Shown here piece after piece: positions 1 through 9,354 of a DNA stretch of 46,807 nt. A model generated the notes under the pieces. That model worked only from the letters and a program-made list of their open reading frames with translations. It did not search any database and was not told where the DNA came from. The first letter of the stretch is position 1, and the number at the start of each line of letters is the position of its first letter. A program made the translations under genes and the position numbers. Source of the DNA: Candidatus Heimdallarchaeota archaeon (lineage in GTDB: Archaea > Asgardarchaeota > Heimdallarchaeia > Heimdallarchaeales > Heimdallarchaeaceae); contig JABCTC010000027.1 of NCBI GenBank assembly GCA_018238545.1, positions 1 to 46,807 of the forward strand, written 5' to 3'.

Positions 1-5
1 TTTCT

Positions 6-998
6 GTGAACCAAGAATACGTTGCTAATAACATGCATCCCTTCTTTGCTACTATGACTAGAAAATATACTGGTCCAGTTTTTGATGCTCATACTCATCT
101 AGGTTCTGTTAAAGATGTTAAAACCATGGTTGAGTATTCTGAAAAATTCAATGTCAAAAAAATCTACGGTATTGTACGAGACTATGAAAGCAGAATTAAG
201 CTTGAAGAAGCCTTCCCTGACCTCTTCGTTTATTCGATCTTTTTGTCTATTCAAGACGCTATAAAAGGGGACATAGATATCTCTCTCAATCTACTTGACA
301 AAGCATATGAGCAAGGTTTCTCATTAGGTAAATTATGGTTCTCTCCTAGATGGGTCCGATATTTTGAAGGAGATCTGAAAGACAGATTCAGAACTAAAGA
401 TGTTCATCTTAATGACCCCAACTTAGAACCAATTTTTTCTAGATTGGAAGATTTACGTTTTACTCTATTACTACATGTTAGCGACCCAGACTTACTTTAT
501 GCACAGAATTACCAACCCGCCAGTAAATATGGAATAAAATCTGACCATCTTGAGGCTTTAAAGAATATCTTAGAACGTTATCCTAAATTAAAAATAGTTG
601 GGGCTCATATGGCTGGACAACCTGAGGATCTCCAACAACTTGACTCATGGTTAGACAAATATCCTAATTTCTTTGTCGATACAGGATCCGCAAAATGGAT
701 GGTAAGAGAGTTTGCATATAAGAAGGAGGAGGTTATTAAGTTCTTCAATAAACATTCAGATCGTATTCTTTTTGGAACAGATTTTGTTGCTGGTAGAAAA
801 GATAGAGAACCTATACCAGGTTATTACATCAACAGATTTCTTAGTTTTCAAGCTCTTCTGGAAACAAATGCAAAGGAGATTCCTTTTCCAATTCCTGATC
901 CTGAAAACGATAATAAGACAGTGATTAATGGTTTAGATTTACCCATGAATATTCTAAAAAAGATATATTGGGAAAATAGTTCAAAGTTATTTGGTTAG
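6..998 (+). CDS. Amidohydrolase_2-family metal-dependent hydrolase (may begin upstream of the window)
   Basis: DAHTH (HxH) motif, LLHVSDP, GAHMAG and RILFGTDF, typical of TIM-barrel amidohydrolases. No in-frame stop before position 6. Confidence 0.85.
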   Translation: MNQEYVANNMHPFFATMTRKYTGPVFDAHTHLGSVKDVKTMVEYSEKFNVKKIYGIVRDYESRIKLEEAFPDLFVYSIFLSIQDAIKGDIDISLNLLDKAYEQGFSLGKLWFSPRWVRYFEGDLKDRFRTKDVHLNDPNLEPIFSRLEDLRFTLLLHVSDPDLLYAQNYQPASKYGIKSDHLEALKNILERYPKLKIVGAHMAGQPEDLQQLDSWLDKYPNFFVDTGSAKWMVREFAYKKEEVIKFFNKHSDRILFGTDFVAGRKDREPIPGYYINRFLSFQALLETNAKEIPFPIPDPENDNKTVINGLDLPMNILKKIYWENSSKLFG

Positions 999-1074
999 GA
1001 TTAATTTTTAAGAGTGTTAGTTAGGAATAGATTGTTATAGTAGAGTTCATACAGTTTAAAAAAACAAATACTTA

Positions 1075-2820
1075 GTGATTTCATTGCCACAAAAATGTAT
1101 TACCATTATTAAAACAACGAATATCATTTCATTGATATTCAATTCCGTGGCTATAATATTAGGTTTAATTTACCTTCTCTTACCAGTTTATTCAGTTATT
1201 TGGAACATTTTTGGGTATATTTATGTTGTCGCTATTGCTCTAAATTTCTATCAGATTTATTTCATTGACCGACGGATACAGCTGAAGGGTAAAACTGGTA
1301 GTCGACTCTATGTTTTAGGATTCTTCTATCTTATTTTCCAAGTTTTTTCTATATTGAACATGAATCTTGGAAATATGTTTATCTCTGTAACTTACTCAAA
1401 TCTTTTTGTAGACAACATTTACTCGTATATTTTATTAGCTGATGGATTCTTCGGTGTGTTCATCATCGGTTTGATATTTAATTTTACTATTTTGCGTAAC
1501 CAGAACAAACCAGAACTATGGGTTGAGGAGTATGACATTAAGAAACGATCTTTCTTCGAAGGATCTTTGTTCAGAAAAACATTAAGAATTTTGCTCATCA
1601 TTGGTAGTATTTTGGGAATAGCAACAGGTCTTCTTAGCTCCTTCTTAATTGTAGCAGGAGTCAATTCTGGCCGAGTATTGGGTTTTGCTAGTGTATCCAT
1701 TTCTCAAGTTGGATTTTCGTGGAGTTTAGTGTTCATAACTTGCTCTGTAATTCTTATCAAACTATTTCGTAGAAAAACATATCCGCACTTATTTTATCCA
1801 ACTCTTATTCTAGGTTTGGTTGTATCAACAATTAGTTTGTTACCAATTGTATCAACACCATTTGATATTAGGAGCGCACAAAACAGTTTTGATGAAGCTT
1901 TTAATCCAGCTTTTGGTGGGGACTGGAAAGCTATAATAACTCCAGAAATTGAAGGGTATTTTCTTGAAAATCCTTATTATTTTATGCAATATTTATTAGG
2001 TGTACCTCCTAAGGAATGTATAATCATTAAAAACGTCCCATTCTTTTATGGTTCGCAAAGCGCATTTGAGGTTGATCAGAATATTAGCTTGTTCTTTGAT
2101 GTATACCTTCCACTTAATTCAGGTGAGGGACTACCTGGTGAAAACTCAACCTTGATCCGTATTCATGGAGGTGGATTGGTTATGGGAGATAAAGGAATTT
2201 CTAACATGATGCAGATGAACAAGTATTTTGCTGCTCAAGGATACATTGTTTTTGATATTCAATATGGCATTATAGATACGGGGAGTTCCGATTTCATTAC
2301 TCCTGAATATCGAAAAGGAAATTTCACTGAGGAAGATATCATAAGACATGTAGGTAATTTTACTTACTTCCTTGCTAATCATGCTGACGATTATGGAGCT
2401 AACGTTGATTCGGTTTTTATCTCAGGTGGTTCAGCAGGAGGGTTTCTAGCATCTGCTGCTGCCTTGATGACAAGTAATGGCACTTATACAAATATCTTTA
2501 GCCCTGATCTAACAATTAAGGGTTTAATACCCTATTATCCTGCTAACAGAATTTCTGATGAAGATGATCCCTTTGCAAATCCAGGTATCTTAGTAGATGA
2601 AAACAGCCCTGCTTGCTTAATATATCAAGGGGCTCAAGATGGTTTGGTTCATCCTGAAGTTTCTGTGGATTTGTATGATAGATATATTGAAAGCGGAAAT
2701 ACAAATTGTTCCCTTATCATGATACCATTTGCTGGTCATGCTTCAGATGTTTACTTCACAGGAAATTATAATCAAATTTTTCTTTATTTCATGGAACGTT
2801 TCATCTATCTTTTTCATTGA
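1075..2820 (+). CDS. Polytopic membrane protein with C-terminal alpha/beta hydrolase (HSL-like esterase/lipase) domain
   Basis: About 7 hydrophobic segments in aa 1-262, then HGGG oxyanion motif, GGSAG nucleophile elbow, QGAQD acid and AGH histidine. Confidence 0.85.
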   Translation: MISLPQKCITIIKTTNIISLIFNSVAIILGLIYLLLPVYSVIWNIFGYIYVVAIALNFYQIYFIDRRIQLKGKTGSRLYVLGFFYLIFQVFSILNMNLGNMFISVTYSNLFVDNIYSYILLADGFFGVFIIGLIFNFTILRNQNKPELWVEEYDIKKRSFFEGSLFRKTLRILLIIGSILGIATGLLSSFLIVAGVNSGRVLGFASVSISQVGFSWSLVFITCSVILIKLFRRKTYPHLFYPTLILGLVVSTISLLPIVSTPFDIRSAQNSFDEAFNPAFGGDWKAIITPEIEGYFLENPYYFMQYLLGVPPKECIIIKNVPFFYGSQSAFEVDQNISLFFDVYLPLNSGEGLPGENSTLIRIHGGGLVMGDKGISNMMQMNKYFAAQGYIVFDIQYGIIDTGSSDFITPEYRKGNFTEEDIIRHVGNFTYFLANHADDYGANVDSVFISGGSAGGFLASAAALMTSNGTYTNIFSPDLTIKGLIPYYPANRISDEDDPFANPGILVDENSPACLIYQGAQDGLVHPEVSVDLYDRYIESGNTNCSLIMIPFAGHASDVYFTGNYNQIFLYFMERFIYLFH

Positions 2821-2920
2821 TTTACAGAAGGTAAACCAAGATATGTTTTTCAATTTTTTTAGGCCTTAATCACCTAATTTGACTGAATGATTTATAAGTG
2901 ATAACGGTACTATTAATATA

Positions 2921-4330
2921 GTGTTGAAGATGAGAGATAAAAAGGATAAAGACAATATAGAATTGCAACAGAAACTATTTGATTTTCTGGAAGGTTTCTC
3001 TGTTATACTTAGTAGCTTAGGAAACAAGAAGCGATTGTATATTATGTCACTGCTTCTAGATGGTCCCAAATTACTTACTTCTATTGAAAAAGAATTGAAA
3101 TTAGGTAAAACAGCTGTTGCTCACCATATCAATCTTTTATTGAGCTCTAAATTGATCGAAAGAGTAACTCGGGGAGAGTATAAAATATCAGCTGATGGTT
3201 TAGAATTCCTTCGAGAAAACTTCAACATTTATACAGCCTCATCTTTCAAATCAAAAGAGGAAGCTGAACAACGTCAAAAACGGTATATTAAGGCATATAA
3301 ACTAAGAACTGAGCACAATGGAGTCGCTAAGAAAATCTTAAAAGAAGCTAAGTTTCAAAAACATCATTTAACATTTGTTGGTGCGATGGCAGGCGCTTTC
3401 AGTTCTTTAGGGAAGAAAGTAACAGCTGATGAGATCGCAGGGTTTACAGGATATGGGTTCTTGTTGAATGTGCCAAAACAAGGATTGTGGTCTTCAAGTC
3501 CAACGTCACATAATGGATTTGATATGATTATAAGATCTATCTCAAAGTTTGGATGGAAGATAAAGAAATATCATGAGCCTGAATCCTTACCTTCTGATTT
3601 TTCACACTCAAAGCCATTATCTATGAGAGACGAGGTTAGAGCTAATAACATATTTGAAATGATCAAGAAAGAGATCGATAAGGATAAACCCGTCGTGTTA
3701 TGGGGTATTCATGTTCCCGAGTATGGTATTGTAAATGGATACAATAATGATAATTACATTGTGAGCTCAATTCATACACTTGATGAGAGGTTCAAAAATC
3801 AAATACCTTACAATAAATTGGACGCTGAGGGCTCTGTTATAGCATACATGTTTGACCGTAAAGTTACCACTAAAATCGAAAGTGAGGACCACAAAAAATC
3901 AATTAAGCGTGCTATAAAGTTTGCTGAAAGTAAGAAACTTGCTTTCGAAATCTTTGTTTCTGGAGTTGATGCTTATGATGTTTGGATTAAGCATATTGAA
4001 GAAGGTTTTACAGAAGATACAAAGTACTTTGGAAACCAATACATGATCAATTCTTATCTCGATGCACGGAAAAGTGTTGTAGAGTATTTAGGTAAACTCA
4101 TCAAACTTTACAGGGGAACTCCACAAATCAATGAGCTGTATCAAACGTTCTATGAATACCAAAAAGTTGTAAAGATATACAAGGAATTATCAAAATTATT
4201 TCCAAGGAGAGGGTTTGATTCCATAACTGAAGACAAATGTAAGAGAGCAGTAATCCTTCTGAGACTTCTGAAGAAGCATGAGTTAGAAGCAATTGCTTGC
4301 ATGAAAAAGGCAGTAGAAATTTGGGAATAA
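2921..4330 (+). CDS. ArsR-family wHTH regulator fused to a BtrH/C39-like (papain-fold) C-terminal domain
   Basis: SSLGNKKRLYIMSLL...TAVAHHINLLLSSKLIE ArsR pattern. C-terminal part has TFVGAMAG, GFTGYGF and IKKEIDKDKPVVLWG..PEYGIVNGY. TTTATAA at 2891-2897 fits a leaderless start. Confidence 0.7.
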   Translation: MLKMRDKKDKDNIELQQKLFDFLEGFSVILSSLGNKKRLYIMSLLLDGPKLLTSIEKELKLGKTAVAHHINLLLSSKLIERVTRGEYKISADGLEFLRENFNIYTASSFKSKEEAEQRQKRYIKAYKLRTEHNGVAKKILKEAKFQKHHLTFVGAMAGAFSSLGKKVTADEIAGFTGYGFLLNVPKQGLWSSSPTSHNGFDMIIRSISKFGWKIKKYHEPESLPSDFSHSKPLSMRDEVRANNIFEMIKKEIDKDKPVVLWGIHVPEYGIVNGYNNDNYIVSSIHTLDERFKNQIPYNKLDAEGSVIAYMFDRKVTTKIESEDHKKSIKRAIKFAESKKLAFEIFVSGVDAYDVWIKHIEEGFTEDTKYFGNQYMINSYLDARKSVVEYLGKLIKLYRGTPQINELYQTFYEYQKVVKIYKELSKLFPRRGFDSITEDKCKRAVILLRLLKKHELEAIACMKKAVEIWE

Positions 4331-4359
4331 GATTTGGGAAAATAATCAGAATCAAAGTT

Positions 4360-6243
4360 TTAATTTGTACTTTTATGGTTATCTCCATAATCTAAAGATT
4401 GGTGTCTGAAGTATAAATCATATAATTGCCAATACTTTCCACGTTTAGCCATTAATTCATTATGTGTTCCTTCTTCTTGAATGAGGGCATCATCGATTAC
4501 AATAATCCTATCTGAATTTTCAACTGTTGTTAACCTATGGGCAATTATTATTGCAGTTCTATCCTTTAACAGAATCTTCAATGCTTCTTGGATTAATGAT
4601 TCTGTGTAAGCATCAATTGCACTAGTAGCTTCGTCCAGAATTAGAATCTTAGGATCTGATAGAAGGGCTCTTGCAAATGCAACTAGTTGTTTCTGTCCAG
4701 CGGATAATTTTGTTCCTTTTTCCCCAACTTCCGTATCTAAACCATCAGGTAGACTTTGGATGAATTCCCACGCATAAACTGATTCAGCAGCTTTAGTAAC
4801 TTCTTCGCGTGTTGCATCAAGTTTTCCATATCGAATATTTTCTTCAATTGTACCAGAGAAGAGTATGTTATCTTGTAAAACAATACCAATTTGGTTTCTA
4901 TACTCTTCTAATTTGTAATTTCTGATATCTACTCCGTCAACCAAGATTTCTCCTTCTTTAACATCGTAAAATCGGGAGATCAAGGATATTAAGGTGGACT
5001 TACCTGCACCAGTCTTACCAACGATTGCACATGTTTGTCCTGAAGGGATATGCAAAGTGAATTGTTTGTAGAGTGGTTCCTTTGGCAGATAGAAAAACGT
5101 CATGTCTTTGAATGTTATATCCCCTTTAACTTCTTTAATGCTAATTGGATCCTCAACTTCAACAACATCTGGATTGCTATCCATTAGACTGAAGATTCTT
5201 TCAACAGCTGCCAATCCCGCCTCAAACTGATTAAAGAACTGAGTTATTTGCATTAGAGGAAAGAAAAATCTATTGAGCATCAATATGAAAAATATCAATG
5301 TTGAAATCTCGATTCTCTCTGTTACTATTGTCCAATTTCCTCCATAATATAGTATGAGAAAAGTACCTATTCCGAAAATCATCTCAACGAAAGGAAAGTA
5401 TATACTTATTCCAATCGCTCTGAAAAATGCAGCACGATAATTATTTTGGTTAATTTCCTTAAACCTTGTAAATCCTTCTGCTTCTTGATTAAATGATTTA
5501 GTTATCTCTATCCCAGATATTGATTCTGATACGTTAGCATTCAATATAGCAATAGTTTTTCGCCATTTTTTCGATGTTCGTTTTGCAAGAATTCTAGCTC
5601 CCATTGCAATACCAAATAAAAATGGCAAAGTCGATAAAGCAATCAAGGCAAGCAAAACATCTGTGACTAAGAGAATTACCATTATTGTTAGCATTACAAA
5701 ACTATTGATAAGAAATGATGTGGTTAGATTGACCATATTTCCAATTGTATCTGTGTCTGAGGTAACTCTACTTACTAACTTTCCACTCTTGTTTTCATCA
5801 TAGAAAGTCATATCTTGAATTAATAATTTTTCATAACAATCCTTTCTTACATCTCTTAAAAGATTCCCACCTAGAGTGGCTAGAAGATACATTGCTCGAT
5901 ACTGACCAAGCCAATTTATTGCATAAAGAATAGCTACACCAACTGCTAGAATGTAAACCATATAACCTATATCACCAGGAGTAAAACCTTGTGCGACTAA
6001 ATCAAGATATTCAGAAACATCCATAACTCTATAGATAATTCCTTGTTCAAGATAATCTATTACGAATTTTATTAGATAGGGAATACCTATGCTAGAACCT
6101 GTTGTTACTACCATCCAGCCTAAAACCTTTAAGAATGTAGGTAGATCGTGTTTCCCCATATAGGCAAAGAGTCGTTTAAAGAGGTAGAAGTCACCATACT
6201 TACGATCATATTTTTCGTCAGGGATATTGTCAATGAAACCCAT
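4360..6243 (-). CDS. Heterodimeric type IV ABC exporter, TMD-NBD half transporter (subunit B, TM288-like)
   Basis: 6-TM domain, Walker A GKTGAGKST, signature LSAGQKQ, Walker B ILILDE, H-loop AHRL. Abuts the partner gene. Confidence 0.92.
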   Translation of the reverse strand: MGFIDNIPDEKYDRKYGDFYLFKRLFAYMGKHDLPTFLKVLGWMVVTTGSSIGIPYLIKFVIDYLEQGIIYRVMDVSEYLDLVAQGFTPGDIGYMVYILAVGVAILYAINWLGQYRAMYLLATLGGNLLRDVRKDCYEKLLIQDMTFYDENKSGKLVSRVTSDTDTIGNMVNLTTSFLINSFVMLTIMVILLVTDVLLALIALSTLPFLFGIAMGARILAKRTSKKWRKTIAILNANVSESISGIEITKSFNQEAEGFTRFKEINQNNYRAAFFRAIGISIYFPFVEMIFGIGTFLILYYGGNWTIVTERIEISTLIFFILMLNRFFFPLMQITQFFNQFEAGLAAVERIFSLMDSNPDVVEVEDPISIKEVKGDITFKDMTFFYLPKEPLYKQFTLHIPSGQTCAIVGKTGAGKSTLISLISRFYDVKEGEILVDGVDIRNYKLEEYRNQIGIVLQDNILFSGTIEENIRYGKLDATREEVTKAAESVYAWEFIQSLPDGLDTEVGEKGTKLSAGQKQLVAFARALLSDPKILILDEATSAIDAYTESLIQEALKILLKDRTAIIIAHRLTTVENSDRIIVIDDALIQEEGTHNELMAKRGKYWQLYDLYFRHQSLDYGDNHKSTN

Positions 6244-8088
6244 CTAGTCATTCCTCCTACTCTTATCAGGTTTAACGAACTTGTCACGTATTTCTGAGAA
6301 TCTAGCAAAAACTCGCCAATAATCTACTGATGTCTTTAAGAGCTCATCGTGCTTACCCTTTGCAACAATCTTTCCTTGCTTCATCACAATTATAAGATCA
6401 GAAAGGCGTATTGTACTTAACCGATGAGTGATAATAAAACTAGTTCTGTCCTGAAGAACCTGATTAATCGCTTTTTGAATAAGGTCTTCAGTTTCACTAT
6501 CAACACTTGAAGTAGCGTCATCAAAAACTAAGATTTGAGGATCAGAGAGTATCATTCTGGCTATTGCTAAACGCTGTTTTTGACCACCAGAGAGTGTCAT
6601 TCCTCTTTCTCCTACTACAGTTCCATATTTCTTATCAAAACCTTCGATAAATTCATGAGCTTGAGCTAATTTAGCAGCCTGAATTATGTCCTCTTCAGTC
6701 GAATCAGGTTTACCATAAGCTATATTTTGCTTAACTGTTCCTGAGAATAGTATAACATCCTGTTCAATCACTCCAACATTGCTCCTGATTGTGTCAAAAG
6801 ACAGATTTCGAATATCTTGATTATCTAAAAGGATAGATCCAGATTCAACATCATATAATCGCGTAAGCAATTTCATCATCGTTGTTTTCCCACAACCAGC
6901 TGGGCCAACTATAGCTGTTCGACTTCCTGAAGGAATCTTAAATGTAACATCATTAACTACTTTTGTTTTTCCATCATAAGAAAAAGTTACATTTCTAAAT
7001 TCAATATCTCCTTTAGCTTTTTCAATAACAATCGGATTTTCTGATCTGGGGATTATTGTTTGTTTAGTGAGGATTTCAGTAATTCTTTTAGCACCTGCGA
7101 AACCCATCTGTGTTAAAACAAGACTCCAAGAGAGAACCCAAATAGGGAAAAAAAGATTTCCCATAAGCATCACATAAGAGTATAATCTACCTATGTCAAA
7201 GATTCCAACTTGTATCAAAATTACACCATAAACAACGGCCATACCTACACTAATTCCAACTAACAGAACAGGATAGAATTTAGATCTTAACTGACCTCTT
7301 TTAATTATCTGATCGGATAAAGTATTATTCTTATCTCTAAACTCAACCCTTTCATGTTGATTTCTAGCGAATATCTTAACTACGCTAATACCTAGCAATT
7401 TTTCTTGTAAATATGAGGATAAACCCGAATAGGATTCCTGGATCTCCATGGAAATAGGACCAATAGATTTGAAATATCTTCGAGCTAAGAAGAAGATTGG
7501 AACGGATATTGTTAAAGGTAGTAACCACAAGATGGGTATACCATTCCAAAGAGGGTCAATAAACAACATTCCACCCATTGCGAATGCTACTCCTACAAAT
7601 GCTGAAAACAGAAGGTGTATGCAAGGATTTACCAAATAATTTACCATTCTTGTATCAAATGTAGCTCGTGCCATCACATCGCCAGCCTTCACTTCATCGT
7701 GGAATGTCATACTCTTTGATAGCATTGACGCATAATATTCATCTCTAATATCTCTCTCCAATTTTTGAGATGTAACTTCAATTACAACACTGGATCCAAA
7801 ATCAACAAATCCCCTCAAAACTGTTAATCCTAGAATTATTAACGCGTAATTTTTTACTCCTACCCAGTTCTTTGTATAAATTGCATCAATTAAGTATCTT
7901 CCCGTGATTATTGGATTTATTGTAGTAATTGCAATCGATATAATTGCAAATAACATAAATAATGCAAGAAGTTTTTTGTAAGCAAAAATATGACTAAGAA
8001 TCCATTTGATGTGAGTTTTCTTATTATATTTGACCATAATAGGATCAAAAAATTCCCCTGTTTCTAGATGGGTAGTTTGTGATGCCAA
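6244..8088 (-). CDS. Heterodimeric type IV ABC exporter, TMD-NBD half transporter (subunit A, TM287-like)
   Basis: Walker A GPAGCGKTT, LSGGQKQ, Walker B ILVFDD. Start moved from 8214 to TTG 8088 because GAGGTGA lies just upstream of it and a TATA box lies at 8125-8132. Confidence 0.9.
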   Translation of the reverse strand: MASQTTHLETGEFFDPIMVKYNKKTHIKWILSHIFAYKKLLALFMLFAIISIAITTINPIITGRYLIDAIYTKNWVGVKNYALIILGLTVLRGFVDFGSSVVIEVTSQKLERDIRDEYYASMLSKSMTFHDEVKAGDVMARATFDTRMVNYLVNPCIHLLFSAFVGVAFAMGGMLFIDPLWNGIPILWLLPLTISVPIFFLARRYFKSIGPISMEIQESYSGLSSYLQEKLLGISVVKIFARNQHERVEFRDKNNTLSDQIIKRGQLRSKFYPVLLVGISVGMAVVYGVILIQVGIFDIGRLYSYVMLMGNLFFPIWVLSWSLVLTQMGFAGAKRITEILTKQTIIPRSENPIVIEKAKGDIEFRNVTFSYDGKTKVVNDVTFKIPSGSRTAIVGPAGCGKTTMMKLLTRLYDVESGSILLDNQDIRNLSFDTIRSNVGVIEQDVILFSGTVKQNIAYGKPDSTEEDIIQAAKLAQAHEFIEGFDKKYGTVVGERGMTLSGGQKQRLAIARMILSDPQILVFDDATSSVDSETEDLIQKAINQVLQDRTSFIITHRLSTIRLSDLIIVMKQGKIVAKGKHDELLKTSVDYWRVFARFSEIRDKFVKPDKSRRND

Positions 8089-8124
8089 TGATTCACCTCT
8101 TTCAGAATTTATGATTCTTTTGAA

Positions 8125-8160
8125 TATATAAACCAAAAACAAAGCAATATTGTTTTGGTT
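8125..8160 (-). promoter_or_regulatory. TATA box (TTTATATA) of the ABC exporter pair with an abutting inverted repeat
   Basis: AACCAAAAACAA...TTGTTTTGGTT at 8131-8160 directly upstream of TTTATATA (8125-8132, minus strand). Confidence 0.5.
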
Positions 8161-8203
8161 TTCTTTCATATTTTCCTTAATAAAAGTGATTATTAAGCGA
8201 ATC

Positions 8204-9220
8204 TTAAAAAACAATCCAAATTTCTACAATCCTTCCTATCATCTGTATGTCGTTCAATGCATTTCCAACCAAACGCAAAGGTGCTTCATTGAGAGGTAAG
8301 AATAATGAATTCCTCTTAACTGCTAAAAGGATATCATCATTATGTGAAACAACACTGCTATTGAGCGTTACTATTTCTTCATCTGAATTTTTCAAGAGGA
8401 TATCATAACCATTTAGTGCTAAAGATTCATTAAATGTATATGAAGTACTATCTTCCAGTTCTCCATCTATAATAGAGATAATTGTCCATAGTGGGATTCC
8501 TGCATATGTATTAATTCTGTCTCCGTCTTGCATCTCATAGAATGCTATGGTATGTGCGTCCCCACTTGCCATTTTTGATTCAAAAAAAGGTCGATCAACA
8601 CTGTCATTTGTTATACCATAAAGATATACTATCCATGATTCAGTTACCGATTTGATTTCTATTTCTTGTACTTTCTTAGCCCAAAGATTTCCATCTGATA
8701 AATATCCTTCATCAGACAGATAGACTATTCTTAAAGGACCATCAGCTGTAGCAAGAGCATTCCCGTCTTGCTCGTATGCTAAAATCATCTCAAATTCATT
8801 AATCCCTAAATTGGCTCCAGTTTCATTATCATAAGCTGTAACTTGACCAGCAATCATAGAATAGGAATAGGATACTATATATCCATCAGTTGCTCTTATT
8901 GTTAAATCAGAAGAAGGTAACATTCCTCCAATATCATCCAGCAGAGAGATAATTGGTACACCTTTGTAAGTTGAAGGTCCAACGATTATCCCTGTTGTCT
9001 TCTTATATCCTCCCAGACCTGAAACACTGGGGAGGGTTTGTAAATCCGACATTGTATAATTTTTATTTGTATTTTCACTTACTAATGACAAAATTACCAT
9101 GTCAGTATCAGAGCCATTATTATTTTCATAGAAAAAGCCGAAATATATCCCTATTCCAGTACCAGTTACAACTAGTAAGGATATCAAACTGAAAATAATG
9201 ATTTTATTCTTTGCAACCAT
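8204..9220 (-). CDS. Membrane-anchored exported protein with two oxidoreductase molybdopterin-binding-like domains
   Basis: N-terminal TM. Repeat 1: YKGVPIISLL..ATDGY..ILAYEQDG..GPLRIV..WAKKVQEIEI. Repeat 2: YAGIPLWTII..LLAVKRN..APLRLV..IGRIVEI. Confidence 0.7.
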   Translation of the reverse strand: MVAKNKIIIFSLISLLVVTGTGIGIYFGFFYENNNGSDTDMVILSLVSENTNKNYTMSDLQTLPSVSGLGGYKKTTGIIVGPSTYKGVPIISLLDDIGGMLPSSDLTIRATDGYIVSYSYSMIAGQVTAYDNETGANLGINEFEMILAYEQDGNALATADGPLRIVYLSDEGYLSDGNLWAKKVQEIEIKSVTESWIVYLYGITNDSVDRPFFESKMASGDAHTIAFYEMQDGDRINTYAGIPLWTIISIIDGELEDSTSYTFNESLALNGYDILLKNSDEEIVTLNSSVVSHNDDILLAVKRNSLFLPLNEAPLRLVGNALNDIQMIGRIVEIWIVF

Positions 9221-9354
9221 TAAATTAAGTTATATTAAGATAAATATAAATCTGTTTGAATGGCAATATCATCTATCTTTAGGCAAAATTTTAAGTAAGC
9301 TATTTCTGGAAGAGAAATAGGAAAATCTTATACATTGAGTAGTGTGTCTTTCAT

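Noticed and set aside
8089-8214. N-terminal 42 aa of the 656-aa ABC ORF as given in the track
   Set aside because: This stretch contains the TATA box, inverted repeat and SD, so it is promoter DNA. Over-extended starts were also trimmed for gap, dnaK, the SDR and the 21637 gene.
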